Positions 1-9,170 of a stretch of DNA of 64,000 nt are shown here, one piece after another. The translations under genes and the position numbers were made by a program. Numbering within the stretch: the first letter of the stretch is position 1; each line of letters opens with the position of its first letter. This DNA is from Clostridia bacterium. Its GTDB lineage: Bacteria; Bacillota; Clostridia; Oscillospirales; Acutalibacteraceae. The notes below the pieces were generated by a model. It did no database searches, had not been told where the DNA came from, and worked only from the letters and a program-made list of their open reading frames with translations. The stretch covers positions 30,306 through 94,305 of the forward strand of contig JAFSAR010000010.1 of assembly GCA_017442225.1 (NCBI GenBank), read 5' to 3'.

Positions 1-311
1 AACGTTGCATAATCGCTTTTATGTATCGAGGACTTGTCCAAAAGGCCTGTATTTTCGAGATTTTGCTTTATAGCCTTTAAAGATGCGTCGTTGCAGTCAA
101 CAAAAACGCAGTTTTTCGCGCCGCGGCTTAAAGCCTCGATACCAAGCTGACCACTGCCCGCAAATAAATCGAGCACACATCTGCCCTCAATATCAAACTG
201 TATTGAACTGAAAAGCGCTTCTTTAACCTTTTCGCCGGTAGGGCGGACAATATCATTACCAGAAACGGTAACCAACCGTTTGCCCCGGGCGATACCTGTA
301 ATTACACGCAT
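1..311 (-). CDS. rsmD: 16S rRNA (guanine966-N2)-methyltransferase RsmD, N-terminal part (gene runs off the left edge)
   Basis: Reverse-strand translation from ATG at 309-311 reads MRVITGIARGKRL..VRPTGEKVKEALFSSIQ..VLDLFAGSGQLGIEALSRGA, the RsmD N-terminus and SAM-binding motif. It is not in the ORF track because it is truncated by the window edge. Confidence 0.8.
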   Translation of the reverse strand, partial: MRVITGIARGKRLVTVSGNDIVRPTGEKVKEALFSSIQFDIEGRCVLDLFAGSGQLGIEALSRGAKNCVFVDCNDASLKAIKQNLENTGLLDKSSIHKSDYAT

Positions 312-534
312 TAAAGAACCCTCACAGTCAGATACATATAAAATATGTACATAAAATACCAAGCATATTATCGCACTAAATGGGGTGTTTTGTCAACACC
401 TAATTTTATTTTTTTATATAATAAATATCTGTTGAGATAAAAAATATATATGATATAATTTTAGAAAGGCAATTAACCGGATTTAAAAAATATATACTAT
501 ATTATCGAAACGTTTCAAAAGGTGCGGTGAAATA

Positions 535-2115
535 ATGAATAGGGAAGTAGCGGCAGACTTGTTGCAGAATAATTTAAAAGAAATTTTTGCTTTTTCTGTA
601 TCACGCTTGTACGACAAGCAGGATGCTGAAGATTTAACAAATGATATAATTATAGAGGTTTTGTCATCTGTTGACAGGCTCCAGAACGATGAGGCTTTTT
701 ATGGCTATATGTGGAAAATTGCAGAAAATACTTTTAAGCGATTTATACGCAATAAATCTATGCAGAAAATAGAGTTTAATGAAAAGTTTTTAGGCGCTTA
801 TTGGGAAACTCCCGAAGATAAGTACATAGAAAACGAAGAGCTTTTATATTTGCGTCGCGAGCTTTCACTGTTATCAAAGCAATACCGTGAGGTAACAGTT
901 AGGTATTATATTCATAATAAAACCGTTACCGAAATTTCAAAAGAGATGAAAATAAGCGAAGAGATGGTAAAATACTACCTTTTCAAAACGAGAAAAATTT
1001 TGAAAGAAGGCGTTAATATGGATAGAAAATACGGAGAAAAAAGTTATAATCCGAGTAATTTTGGAATTGATTTTTGGGGCGGTGGTGGCGACAACAGTTA
1101 TGTGTGGCAGACTTTTGAACGCAAATTACCGGGAAACATTGTTCTTGCGGCTTATGATAAGCCTTTGAGCCTTAAAGAGCTGTCTTTAGAGCTCGGTGTA
1201 TCGGCACCGTATCTTGAAGATGAACTCGAAATATTATTGCGAAATAAATTTATAAAACAGATTGGCAATAAATATCAAACCGATTTTCTGATATTCAGAA
1301 CACCATATGAATTAGAATTCGGGCAAAAGGTACCGACTGCCGAAATCTGTAATGAAACTTCCAATCGTATTTGCGATATAGTCGAAAAAATATTGCCCAA
1401 ATTCAAACAAAAAGATTTTGGGATAGAGCTTGATGATAATCGCTTACGTTGGTTTATTGTAAATTTTGCGCTTGTAAATGCGTTAGGTGATTTTGAAGAA
1501 GAAAATAAAAACAGATTTGGTAAATATCCAATTCTTAAGGGAACAACACATGGCTTTGTTTTCGGACACGACAATGATTATAAATACGGTTATTTTGAGG
1601 GAATTTACGGTTATTGCAATAACAAAGAAAATACGGCGCATTTTACAGCAGTGAATTACAATGCAATAACTAAATGTCAGTGTTGGCGAGGTGGAAATCA
1701 AAACCGAGTTAATATTATGTGCGATGCTATACTTGGCAAAGAGGTAAAAAAAGACGATACTACAATTGCTCAACTTGTAAGTGAGGGTATGATAAGTGTT
1801 GAAGACGGAAAACTTAAAGCGAATTTTCCAATCTTTACAAGCAGGGATAATTATTTAATGTGTCAAGCCTTAAAGCCAATAATTGATGATATTGTGTTGT
1901 GTATGGATAAAATTTGCTCAATGGCGGCAGAAATCTTTAAGAGATATACGCCGCAATATTTTCACGATAGATGTGAGCGTTTGTGTTATATAAGGCATCA
2001 GGCGGATGCTATTGGAATTATAATTGAAAAACTTGTAAGCGGCGGCTATCTTATGGTTCCTGACGAGAGAACAAATCTCACTGTATTTGGCGTAAAGCAT
2101 TTATCAGATAAATAA
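535..2115 (+). CDS. Sigma-70/ECF-type RNA polymerase sigma factor with a ~360 aa C-terminal extension
   Basis: The N-terminal ~165 aa show a region 2-like stretch (DAEDLTNDIIIEVL) and a region 4 HTH (REVTVRYYIHNKTVTEISKEMKISEEMVKYYLFKTRKIL). The remaining ~360 aa have no obvious TM segment and contain a second HTH-like stretch (LSLKELSLELGVSAPYLEDELEIL). Confidence 0.75.
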   Translation: MNREVAADLLQNNLKEIFAFSVSRLYDKQDAEDLTNDIIIEVLSSVDRLQNDEAFYGYMWKIAENTFKRFIRNKSMQKIEFNEKFLGAYWETPEDKYIENEELLYLRRELSLLSKQYREVTVRYYIHNKTVTEISKEMKISEEMVKYYLFKTRKILKEGVNMDRKYGEKSYNPSNFGIDFWGGGGDNSYVWQTFERKLPGNIVLAAYDKPLSLKELSLELGVSAPYLEDELEILLRNKFIKQIGNKYQTDFLIFRTPYELEFGQKVPTAEICNETSNRICDIVEKILPKFKQKDFGIELDDNRLRWFIVNFALVNALGDFEEENKNRFGKYPILKGTTHGFVFGHDNDYKYGYFEGIYGYCNNKENTAHFTAVNYNAITKCQCWRGGNQNRVNIMCDAILGKEVKKDDTTIAQLVSEGMISVEDGKLKANFPIFTSRDNYLMCQALKPIIDDIVLCMDKICSMAAEIFKRYTPQYFHDRCERLCYIRHQADAIGIIIEKLVSGGYLMVPDERTNLTVFGVKHLSDK

Positions 2116-2138
2116 TAGTAATATACCATATCCTGGTG

Positions 2139-2167
2139 TTGAAACTGAAATCAGGGTATGGTATAAT
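2139..2167 (+). promoter_or_regulatory. Sigma-A-type promoter for the lipoprotein gene (TTGAAA-17-TATAAT with a TGn extension), overlapping an imperfect hairpin at 2123-2164
   Basis: TTGAAA at 2139-2144, a 17-nt spacer and TATAAT at 2162-2167 preceded by TGG. The hairpin arms ATACCATATCCTG and CAGGGTATGGTAT may also terminate the sigma gene. Confidence 0.45.
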
Positions 2168-2234
2168 TTTAGCATAAATAATGCAACCTTTTCTCTTTGT
2201 TGAAAGTATTAGTAATGAAAGGGGAGATTAATTC

Positions 2235-2639
2235 ATGAAAAAAATAATATGTTTACTTTTATCAATTGCTGTAATAGTTTCGCTTTGCGGTTGCGGTAGT
2301 GAAAATACCGAGAGTATAAACTTTAGTCAAGAGGTAACCATTGTTAAAATGCCCTCGCCGCCAAAGTGCAAAACAACCGATGATGTTTCTGTAGTAAACG
2401 AGGTTATTGCCGTTTTGGGCAAAATTGAAAAGTCGCCCATCGAGGACGAAAATATAAACGGTGGTTGGAGCATTATGATAAAACTTAACATTGACGGTCA
2501 GAGCTTTAACTACACAATAGGCGGTGTTTTTACCGACTCTGACGGTAAACAGTATTATGTGACTAACGGTGATGAAATTGAGAAAAAAATTACCGAAATA
2601 TATAATAAAATCGACGCTCCCGAGGTCGATTACCCATAA
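2235..2639 (+). CDS. Putative lipoprotein, function unknown
   Basis: Signal peptide with a lipobox (MKKIICLLLSIAVIVSLCGC). GGGGAG RBS upstream. Confidence 0.7.
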   Translation: MKKIICLLLSIAVIVSLCGCGSENTESINFSQEVTIVKMPSPPKCKTTDDVSVVNEVIAVLGKIEKSPIEDENINGGWSIMIKLNIDGQSFNYTIGGVFTDSDGKQYYVTNGDEIEKKITEIYNKIDAPEVDYP

Positions 2640-2663
2640 ATTTATAAAATATTAAAAAAATGC

Positions 2664-2692
2664 TTGATTTTTAGGAAGACTTGTGGTAATAT
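2664..2692 (+). promoter_or_regulatory. Sigma-A-type promoter for rplS (TTGATT-17-TAATAT, extended -10)
   Basis: TTGATT at 2664-2669, a 17-nt spacer, TGG then TAATAT at 2687-2692. Confidence 0.5.
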
Positions 2693-2699
2693 ATTTGAG

Positions 2700-2817
2700 C
2701 ATTTGATTTCACCTTGCCTTAAAAGGTGGGTTTGATGCCGAAAAATCGACATTGAAGCGGATGGTCCTCTGACAGAAAATTGTTTACGAACGTCTGAAAA
2801 AATTTAAGGAGGAAAAT
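2700..2817 (+). promoter_or_regulatory. Structured 5' leader of rplS (possible L19 autoregulatory leader)
   Basis: About 125 nt lie between the predicted promoter and the rplS start. There is a hairpin CACCTT-gccttaa-AAGGTG near 2706-2725 and further pairing (CAGA..GTT..AAC..TCTG) near 2770-2795. Ribosomal-protein L19 leaders are known upstream of rplS in Firmicutes. I could not align this one to the covariance model. Confidence 0.3.
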
Positions 2818-3165
2818 TTGATGGATGCTGTTAAAGAATTAGTTGCTTCTCAGCTCAAAGCGGACGCTCCCGAGATTTTAATCGGTAGCACTGTTAAGGT
2901 TCATGTAAGAATCAAAGAAGGCGAGAAGGAAAGAATCCAGATCTTTGAAGGTACTGTTATCGCTAAAAATAACAGCGGTATTTCAGAAACCTTTACAGTT
3001 CGCCGCGTATCATACGGTGTTGGCGTTGAGCGTGTATTCCCCGTTCATTCACCAATCGTAGCTAAGGTTGAGCTTGTAAGAAAAGGTAAGATTCGTCGTG
3101 CAAAACTTTACTATCTGCGTGACAGAGTTGGTAAGGCAGCAAAAGTTAAGGAACTTATCGGTTAA
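2818..3165 (+). CDS. rplS: 50S ribosomal protein L19
   Basis: 115 aa with the typical L19 sequence ([49 protein letters not shown]). GGAGG RBS. Confidence 0.97.
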   Translation: MMDAVKELVASQLKADAPEILIGSTVKVHVRIKEGEKERIQIFEGTVIAKNNSGISETFTVRRVSYGVGVERVFPVHSPIVAKVELVRKGKIRRAKLYYLRDRVGKAAKVKELIG

Positions 3166-3182
3166 TCTGACTTTAATGAGTG

Positions 3183-3208
3183 GGGGACGGGGCGTAGGCC
3201 TTGTCCCC
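3183..3208 (+). terminator. Weak hairpin after rplS (possible partial terminator or attenuator)
   Basis: GGGGAC..GTCCCC stem followed by TTTGCTGTATTTT. It overlaps the earliest possible start of the next ORF. Confidence 0.35.
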
Positions 3209-3866
3209 TTTGCTGTATTTTATATTTGAAACGGTGGTGTTTACGGTGAGCGATATAAATAATGAGAATGGTATCCTAGCGAAAGAAGAAGGGGACGAAA
3301 ATAAATCGTCTTTAAAATCCTTTATTTTCGACTGGCTTGAGGTTCTGGTGCACGCAATTATTGCGGTTGTAATCTGTTTTAGCTTTCTGTTCCGCATTGC
3401 TACCATTGACGGTCCTTCTATGGAGAACACTCTTCACAACGGCGAGCGCGTTATTATTTCAAATCTGTTTTATACCCCAAAGGTTGGGGATATTGTCGTT
3501 ATCTCACGCAATAAAGAAAACAGTGTTTATACTATGAACGAAAGTAATACGCCAATCATAAAACGCATTATAGCTACCGAAGGACAGACGGTTGATATTG
3601 ACTTTGAAGAGGGTATAGTTTACGTGGACGGTATTGCTCTTGACGAACCGTATACAAAAACACCTACAAACAAAAAATGGGATATTGACTTTCCCGTAAC
3701 TGTAGATGAGGGTTGTATTTTTGTGTTGGGCGATAACCGCAACGATTCACTTGACAGCCGTGATGCTCGTATAGGTGAATACGGTATGATTGATACACGC
3801 TATATTTTAGGACACGCGGTCTACAGGGTGTTCCCGTTTGATAAGATAGGTAAAATTGATGAGTAA
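3201..3866 (+). CDS. lepB: Signal peptidase I (S26 family)
   Basis: GPSMENTL catalytic Ser box, IKRIIA Lys box and GDNRNDSLDSR box. The start is uncertain: the ORF opens at 3201 (TTG) inside the upstream hairpin, and in-frame GTG at 3246 is an alternative. Confidence 0.9.
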   Translation: MSPLLYFIFETVVFTVSDINNENGILAKEEGDENKSSLKSFIFDWLEVLVHAIIAVVICFSFLFRIATIDGPSMENTLHNGERVIISNLFYTPKVGDIVVISRNKENSVYTMNESNTPIIKRIIATEGQTVDIDFEEGIVYVDGIALDEPYTKTPTNKKWDIDFPVTVDEGCIFVLGDNRNDSLDSRDARIGEYGMIDTRYILGHAVYRVFPFDKIGKIDE

Positions 3867-4719
3867 TAATACACAAACTATCCAGTGGTTTCCAGGGCAT
3901 ATGGCAAAAACTCGTCGCAAAATTGCTGAGCAATTAAAGCTTATTGATGCAGTTGCCGAGATTGTTGACGCGCGAATACCTGTAAGTAGCCGTAACCCCG
4001 ATTTAAAAGAAATTATTGGTGACAAGCCGCATCTGATATTGCTTAATAAATGCGATATGGCGGACGAAACAGCCACTAAAGATTGGATAAAATTTTATAA
4101 ATCACAAGGCATTTACGCGATACCCATTGACTGTAAAAACGGCAAGGGTATATCTGCATTTAAGGATACGGTTAAAACAGTGCTTGCCGATCGCCTTGTC
4201 TCATACCGAGAAAAAGGAATGGTTGGCAAACCGCTTCGTGTAATGGTTGTTGGTATTCCCAACGTGGGTAAATCGTCGTTTATCAACCGTATTGCAGGCG
4301 GCGGTCGCGCCAAGGTAGAAAACCGTCCAGGTGTTACGCGAGGTAATCAGTGGTTTTCGGTAGATAAAGAACTTGAACTGCTTGATACACCCGGTGTTTT
4401 GTGGCCTAAATTTGACGATAACACGGTGGGTGAGCATCTGGCATTTACGGGCGCCGTTACCGATCGCATTATAGATACCGAGTTGCTCGCTATGAGATTG
4501 CTTGAAATACTTATACCAAGCTATCCTAAGTTGCTCGAAGCAAGATATAAAATATCAGAATTTCCCGAAGACTCTTACGATGCGCTTTGCCTTTTGGGTA
4601 AAAAGCGCGGTATGATGATAAGAGGCGGCGAGACAGATACCGAGAGAGCCGCAAATATGCTGCTTGAAGAATACCGAAACTGCAAAATCGGTAATATCAC
4701 ACTTGAAAGGGTTGAATAA
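3856..4719 (+). CDS. rbgA: Ribosome biogenesis GTPase A (YlqF/RbgA)
   Basis: [13 protein letters not shown] hallmark, circularly permuted GTPase motifs (LLNKCD.., [17 protein letters not shown]). The likely start is ATG at 3859. Synteny rplS-lepB-rbgA-rnhB. Confidence 0.93.
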   Translation: MMSNNTQTIQWFPGHMAKTRRKIAEQLKLIDAVAEIVDARIPVSSRNPDLKEIIGDKPHLILLNKCDMADETATKDWIKFYKSQGIYAIPIDCKNGKGISAFKDTVKTVLADRLVSYREKGMVGKPLRVMVVGIPNVGKSSFINRIAGGGRAKVENRPGVTRGNQWFSVDKELELLDTPGVLWPKFDDNTVGEHLAFTGAVTDRIIDTELLAMRLLEILIPSYPKLLEARYKISEFPEDSYDALCLLGKKRGMMIRGGETDTERAANMLLEEYRNCKIGNITLERVE

Positions 4720-4720
4720 A

Positions 4721-5323
4721 GTGCCTGACTTTTCTTATGAAAACGAGGCTTATGAAAACGGATATAAATTTGTTTGCGGCGTTGATGAGGCAGGTCGCGG
4801 ACCGCTTGCGGGTCCTGTTTGCGCGGCGGCGGTTATTTTGCCTGAAAACTGTGAAATTGAAGGTCTTAACGACTCTAAAAAGTTAAGCGAAAAAAAGCGC
4901 GAAATGCTTTTTGATATTATAAAGGAAAAGGCCGTAGCATATAGCATAGCATACGGCACTTTAGAGGAAATTGAGCATTATAATATTCTTGAAGCGACGT
5001 ATATTGCTATGAATCGCGCAATTGACGGACTTTCACAAAAAGCGGATTTTGCGCTTATTGACGGCAACCGTGTACCAAAGGGGATAAAAATTCCGAGTGC
5101 TACGGTGATAAAAGGCGATTCTAAATCATGCTCGATAGCCGCGGCATCAATACTTGCCAAAGTAACCCGTGACAGATTGATGTTAGAATACGACAAAAAA
5201 TACCCCGAATATCTTTTCGCACAGCATAAGGGATACGGTACAAAAGCGCATTACGAGGCAATCGCTCGGCACGGTGTGTGTGAAATTCACCGTCTGTCTT
5301 TTTTGAAAAATGTACTCGGGTAA
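4721..5323 (+). CDS. rnhB: Ribonuclease HII
   Basis: [16 protein letters not shown] and DSKKLS motifs. I prefer GTG at 4721 (RBS GAAAGG upstream) over the ORF-track start at 4664, which lies inside rbgA. Confidence 0.93.
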   Translation: MPDFSYENEAYENGYKFVCGVDEAGRGPLAGPVCAAAVILPENCEIEGLNDSKKLSEKKREMLFDIIKEKAVAYSIAYGTLEEIEHYNILEATYIAMNRAIDGLSQKADFALIDGNRVPKGIKIPSATVIKGDSKSCSIAAASILAKVTRDRLMLEYDKKYPEYLFAQHKGYGTKAHYEAIARHGVCEIHRLSFLKNVLG

Positions 5324-5690
5324 CGAACGCTCGGCTGCTGTAGGCAAAGCAGGAGAGGACTTTGTTGCGCAGTATCTTAAATCAAAGGGTTACATAATAA
5401 TAAAACGTAACTGGCGTGACAGCCGTTATGGTGAGATTGATATTGTTGCCGAGTGTCGCGAGTGTATCGCTTTTGTGGAGGTTAAAACCCGACAAAAAGA
5501 TTCGCTTGTCAGTGGCCTTGAGGCAGTAGATTTCGGCAAACAGGAACGAACGAGAAATGCCTCGCAGACGTTTATGCGCAGACTACGTACAAATTTACCG
5601 CCAAGGCTTGACGTTGCTGAGGTAACCGTAATAGGTGAAAAGGACGGAAAATTTCAATTTAGTCTTAATTATATTGAAAACGCATTTTAG
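5310..5690 (+). CDS. yraN: YraN family (UPF0102) endonuclease-like protein
   Basis: [38 protein letters not shown] pattern. Overlaps the rnhB end. Confidence 0.85.
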   Translation: MYSGNERSAAVGKAGEDFVAQYLKSKGYIIIKRNWRDSRYGEIDIVAECRECIAFVEVKTRQKDSLVSGLEAVDFGKQERTRNASQTFMRRLRTNLPPRLDVAEVTVIGEKDGKFQFSLNYIENAF

Positions 5691-5698
5691 GTGATTTT

Positions 5699-6559
5699 GT
5701 GAAGTTTTTTGATTTGCATTGTGATACGGCGTATAAATGTTATCACGATAATCTGCTTTTTACCGACAGTTCTCTTGCAGTTACACCAAAAAAAGCAGAA
5801 TGCTTTGATAAGTGGCATCAGTGCTTTGCTATCTTTATAAAAGACGGTATAAAAAATCCGTTTGAATATTACAAAAATACTCTTGACAACTTTAAACGAA
5901 AGTTAAAAAATAAGCCGTATAATCTCACACCTATATTTACGGTTGAGGGTGGACTTTTAATTGAAAATGATTTAACCCGCATCCAAGAAATGCATAATGA
6001 TAATATTCGCGCGTTGACACTTACCTGGAACGGTGAAAACCAAATAGCTGGCGGTGCCGATACTGATGCATCGCTTAAGGATTTTGGATGTGAGGTAATA
6101 ACAGAACTCAACCGTTTTGGTATTGCAACCGATCTATCCCATCTTAATAAAAAATCGTTTTACGGCGCGATTGAAATTGCCGAAAAACCAATTGTTACAC
6201 ATGCGTGCTGTGAGTATGTATATAAACATAGACGTAATATTGACGATAATCAATTAAAAGAATTGGTACAAAGGGGCGGTATTTTCGGTCTTTGCTTGTA
6301 TCCCGTATTTTTGGGTGAGGACGACGTTTTTGAAAACGTGTATAAAAATATTTTTCATATTCTTGATATGGGATATGAAGATTCTTTGAGCATAGGCTCG
6401 GATTTTGACGGCGCAGATATGAGCAAAAAGCTTTATGATATATCATCGGTGCCTAAGCTTTATGAATATTTAAAATTACGAAAAATTAACGAGAATATTT
6501 TAAATAAAATATTCTTTGATAATGCATATAACTTTTTTTACAAGGGGAAAACAAAATGA
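5699..6559 (+). CDS. Membrane dipeptidase family (peptidase M19) protein
   Basis: N-terminal FDLHCDT, LTWNGENQ, DLSHLN and GSDFDG motifs. GTG start with AGGTGA RBS. Confidence 0.8.
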   Translation: MKFFDLHCDTAYKCYHDNLLFTDSSLAVTPKKAECFDKWHQCFAIFIKDGIKNPFEYYKNTLDNFKRKLKNKPYNLTPIFTVEGGLLIENDLTRIQEMHNDNIRALTLTWNGENQIAGGADTDASLKDFGCEVITELNRFGIATDLSHLNKKSFYGAIEIAEKPIVTHACCEYVYKHRRNIDDNQLKELVQRGGIFGLCLYPVFLGEDDVFENVYKNIFHILDMGYEDSLSIGSDFDGADMSKKLYDISSVPKLYEYLKLRKINENILNKIFFDNAYNFFYKGKTK

Positions 6560-8043
6560 ACTACGTAAGCACAAGAAATAATTCCATAAAAGTTTCTTCG
6601 GCATTTGCGATAGCGCACGGCATATCCGCTGAGGGTGGACTTTACGTGCCCGAAAGCATACCGAAGCTGAGTTGTGAGGATTTTTCGAAAATTTCTGAGC
6701 TTGATTATAAAGGCAAGGCAGAGTATATTCTAAAAAAATATCTTAGCGATTTTTCTGATGAGGAGATTGCTTATTGCGTAAACGGCGCATACACAGGTTC
6801 TTTTGATGACGAAAAGCCTGCCGCTATTGCTCAACTTGGTAATAATATAAATATACTTGAGCTTTGGCACGGACCTACCTGCGCATTTAAAGATTTGGCT
6901 TTACAACTGCTTCCTTATCTTCTTACCACCTCTACAAAGAAAATTTCCGACGGCAAAAAAACCGTTATATTGGTTGCAACCTCGGGTGATACAGGCAAGG
7001 CAGCACTTGAAGGCTTTAAGGACGTAGAAAATACAGAGATAATTGTATTTTATCCGAGCGAGGGTGTAAGTCCTATGCAAAAGCTGCAGATGGACTCGCA
7101 AAAGGGTAACAACGTTCACGTTTGCGCAATAAAGGGTAACTTTGACGATGCGCAGACGGGTGTTAAAAAGATTTTTACCGACAATGAAATAAAGGCAACA
7201 CTTGCCGAAAACGGTATGGAGTTTTCCTCGGCAAACTCTATTAACTGGGGCAGACTTGTTCCGCAGATTATTTACTATATTTCGGCTTACTGTGATATGC
7301 TCTCTAAAGGCGATGATATATCAGACGGCTTTAACGTTGTAGTGCCTACGGGCAACTTTGGTAATATATTAGCGGCTTACTATGCAAAAGAAATGGGCGT
7401 GCCCGTAAACCGACTTATCTGCGCGTCTAACGCAAATCGCGTGCTTACCGACTTTATCAATACGGGTGTTTATGATCGTAATCGCGACTTTTACACAACA
7501 ATGTCACCGTCAATGGATATACTTATCTCAAGCAATCTTGAGCGTATGCTGTATATTCTTTCGGGCGGCGATGATAAGTATATTACCGAGCTGCAGAATG
7601 TCCTTTCTAAAAACGGTAAATTCACTGTAAACGACACCGTTCTTTCAAAATTACAGAAGCTTTTCTACGGCGCTTGCTGTGATGACGAGGGTACTCTTGC
7701 GACAATTAAAAAGACTTTCGATGAATACGGTTATCTTTGCGATACGCATACAGCCGTTGCGGTAAACGCTTACGAGCAGTATCTTGAGGCTACGGGTGAC
7801 AGTCGTCCTGTGCTTATAGCATCCACCGCGTCACCGTATAAATTTGCAAAGAGCGTTATTTCGGCGCTTCGTGATAACGTAAACGGCAGTGAATTTGAAA
7901 TTGTTGATGCGTTATCAAGTCTTACCAACACTAACGTTCCAACGCCTATTGCCGAGCTAAAAACAGCTACTGCTCGCTTTAAGGATATTTATGAAAAACA
8001 GGATATGTACAAAGCTGTTTGCAAATGTCTTAAAATTGATTAA
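6556..8043 (+). CDS. thrC: Threonine synthase (long form)
   Basis: 495 aa with the HGPTCAFKDLALQ PLP-lysine motif and SGDTGKAA. There is an ATGA overlap with the upstream gene. Confidence 0.93.
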   Translation: MNYVSTRNNSIKVSSAFAIAHGISAEGGLYVPESIPKLSCEDFSKISELDYKGKAEYILKKYLSDFSDEEIAYCVNGAYTGSFDDEKPAAIAQLGNNINILELWHGPTCAFKDLALQLLPYLLTTSTKKISDGKKTVILVATSGDTGKAALEGFKDVENTEIIVFYPSEGVSPMQKLQMDSQKGNNVHVCAIKGNFDDAQTGVKKIFTDNEIKATLAENGMEFSSANSINWGRLVPQIIYYISAYCDMLSKGDDISDGFNVVVPTGNFGNILAAYYAKEMGVPVNRLICASNANRVLTDFINTGVYDRNRDFYTTMSPSMDILISSNLERMLYILSGGDDKYITELQNVLSKNGKFTVNDTVLSKLQKLFYGACCDDEGTLATIKKTFDEYGYLCDTHTAVAVNAYEQYLEATGDSRPVLIASTASPYKFAKSVISALRDNVNGSEFEIVDALSSLTNTNVPTPIAELKTATARFKDIYEKQDMYKAVCKCLKID

Positions 8044-8049
8044 AAACAA

Positions 8050-8075
8050 ATATCCGACTCGTACGAGTCGGATAT
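8050..8075. terminator. Bidirectional rho-independent terminator between convergent thrC and the DUF1540 gene
   Basis: Perfect palindrome ATATCCGACTCG-TA-CGAGTCGGATAT flanked by A/T runs. Confidence 0.7.
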
Positions 8076-8087
8076 TGTTGCAAAAAC

Positions 8088-8264
8088 TTACTGTCTTGCC
8101 TTAAAGGTATCACAGCAGGTTTCGCTGCAGGTGCAAGCGGTGCGATTACCAACCTGAATACTACCCGCCGAGCAGGAATCGTTTTCAGTGTGGTGCACGC
8201 AATTTTTTACTGAGCAGCTGATACAGCTTTCGGTTTTACAGCTTGACATTTTATCCATAATCAT
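8088..8264 (-). CDS. Small Cys-rich DUF1540-like protein
   Basis: MIMDKMSSCKTESCISCSVKNCVHH..SCSAGSIQVG...CTCSETCCDTF. GGAAAGGAAG RBS just upstream of the ATG at 8264; the longer ORF-track start at 8339 lacks one. Confidence 0.6.
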   Translation of the reverse strand: MIMDKMSSCKTESCISCSVKNCVHHTENDSCSAGSIQVGNRTACTCSETCCDTFKARQ

Positions 8265-8341
8265 TCTTCCTTTCCGGCTTTTAGCCAAAATTATTATTTG
8301 TAATTTTTTTAACAATATACGAGGCAGGTGAAACACCAAAA

Positions 8342-9049
8342 ATGAATTTATTTACAATTTCAGACTTGCATTTGCCACTTGGAGCCGACAAACCGATGGA
8401 TATTTTCGGCGGTTGGGACAACTATGTCGAAAGACTAGAAAAAAATTGGAAAAAATTAGTAAACGACGATGATACCGTTGTCATTGGCGGTGATATTTCT
8501 TGGGGCATTTCACTCGAGCAGTCAAAACCCGATTTTGAATTTATAAACCGTCTTCCAGGTCGAAAAATAATTTTAAAGGGTAATCACGATTTTTGGTGGG
8601 GTACTGCTAATAAGATAAACGAATTTTTGCGTGATAACAATTTTGATACTATCAAAATTTTACACAACAATTGCTATACAGACGGCAATATTGCTATATG
8701 CGGCACTCGCGGTTGGATTTATGACGGCACGGGTGAGCGCGACCAAAAGGTTATTTCTCGCGAGGCGGGCAGACTTGAAGCCTCTATAAAATTGGCGACA
8801 GAGTCAGGTGCAACACCTATAGTTTTTCTTCATTATCCGCCTGTATACGCCGAATTTGTTTGCGAAGAGATAATCGACGTATTGCAAAAACATAAAATAA
8901 AGCAGCTCTTTTACGGTCATATACACGGAAAAGGAATTTATAATACCGTCAGCGAATTCGGCGGTATAAAACTAAAGCTTGTAGCCTGTGACAGTGTTGA
9001 TTTTACACCTGTCTATATTTGTGACTGCGGTGAATTTAAAAAATTATAA
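8342..9049 (+). CDS. Metallophosphoesterase (calcineurin-like phosphoesterase family)
   Basis: Motifs SDLHL, GGDISW, GNHDFWW, HYPP and GHIHG. Confidence 0.8.
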   Translation: MNLFTISDLHLPLGADKPMDIFGGWDNYVERLEKNWKKLVNDDDTVVIGGDISWGISLEQSKPDFEFINRLPGRKIILKGNHDFWWGTANKINEFLRDNNFDTIKILHNNCYTDGNIAICGTRGWIYDGTGERDQKVISREAGRLEASIKLATESGATPIVFLHYPPVYAEFVCEEIIDVLQKHKIKQLFYGHIHGKGIYNTVSEFGGIKLKLVACDSVDFTPVYICDCGEFKKL

Positions 9050-9090
9050 AAAAATTAAAACTTACAACACAAAATGTCAGTAAAAAAGCC

Positions 9091-9118
9091 TTGCAATTTT
9101 TGCAAATTATGGTATAAT
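9091..9118 (+). promoter_or_regulatory. Sigma-A-type promoter for tig (TTGCAA-16-TATAAT, extended -10)
   Basis: TTGCAA at 9091-9096 and TGG-TATAAT at 9110-9118. Confidence 0.5.
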
Positions 9119-9170
9119 CATCTTAATTTAATATGGAGTCCTATGGACTTTGTGCGGAGGTAAAATTAAA

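Noticed and set aside
1275-2100. Antisense or alternative-frame ORFs from the six-frame track inside well-supported genes. Examples are 1275-1574, 1483-1773 and 1918-2100, with analogous ORFs throughout the window such as 9196-9378, 9523-9888, 18012-18500, 22180-22560, 35677-35940 and 43021-43563.
   Set aside because: They lie fully within longer ORFs that have clear family motifs. They have no RBS and show low-complexity or hydrophobic compositions typical of frame shadows.
5687-5701. An identical 15-nt junction, TTAGGTGATTTTGTG, at 5687-5701 and 16520-16534, with a near copy TAAGGTGATTTTATG near 15051-15065
   Set aside because: It is explained as a stop codon embedded in a strong Shine-Dalgarno sequence plus a 5-nt spacer and start codon, which is a translational coupling junction. 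It is too short to argue for a repeat element.
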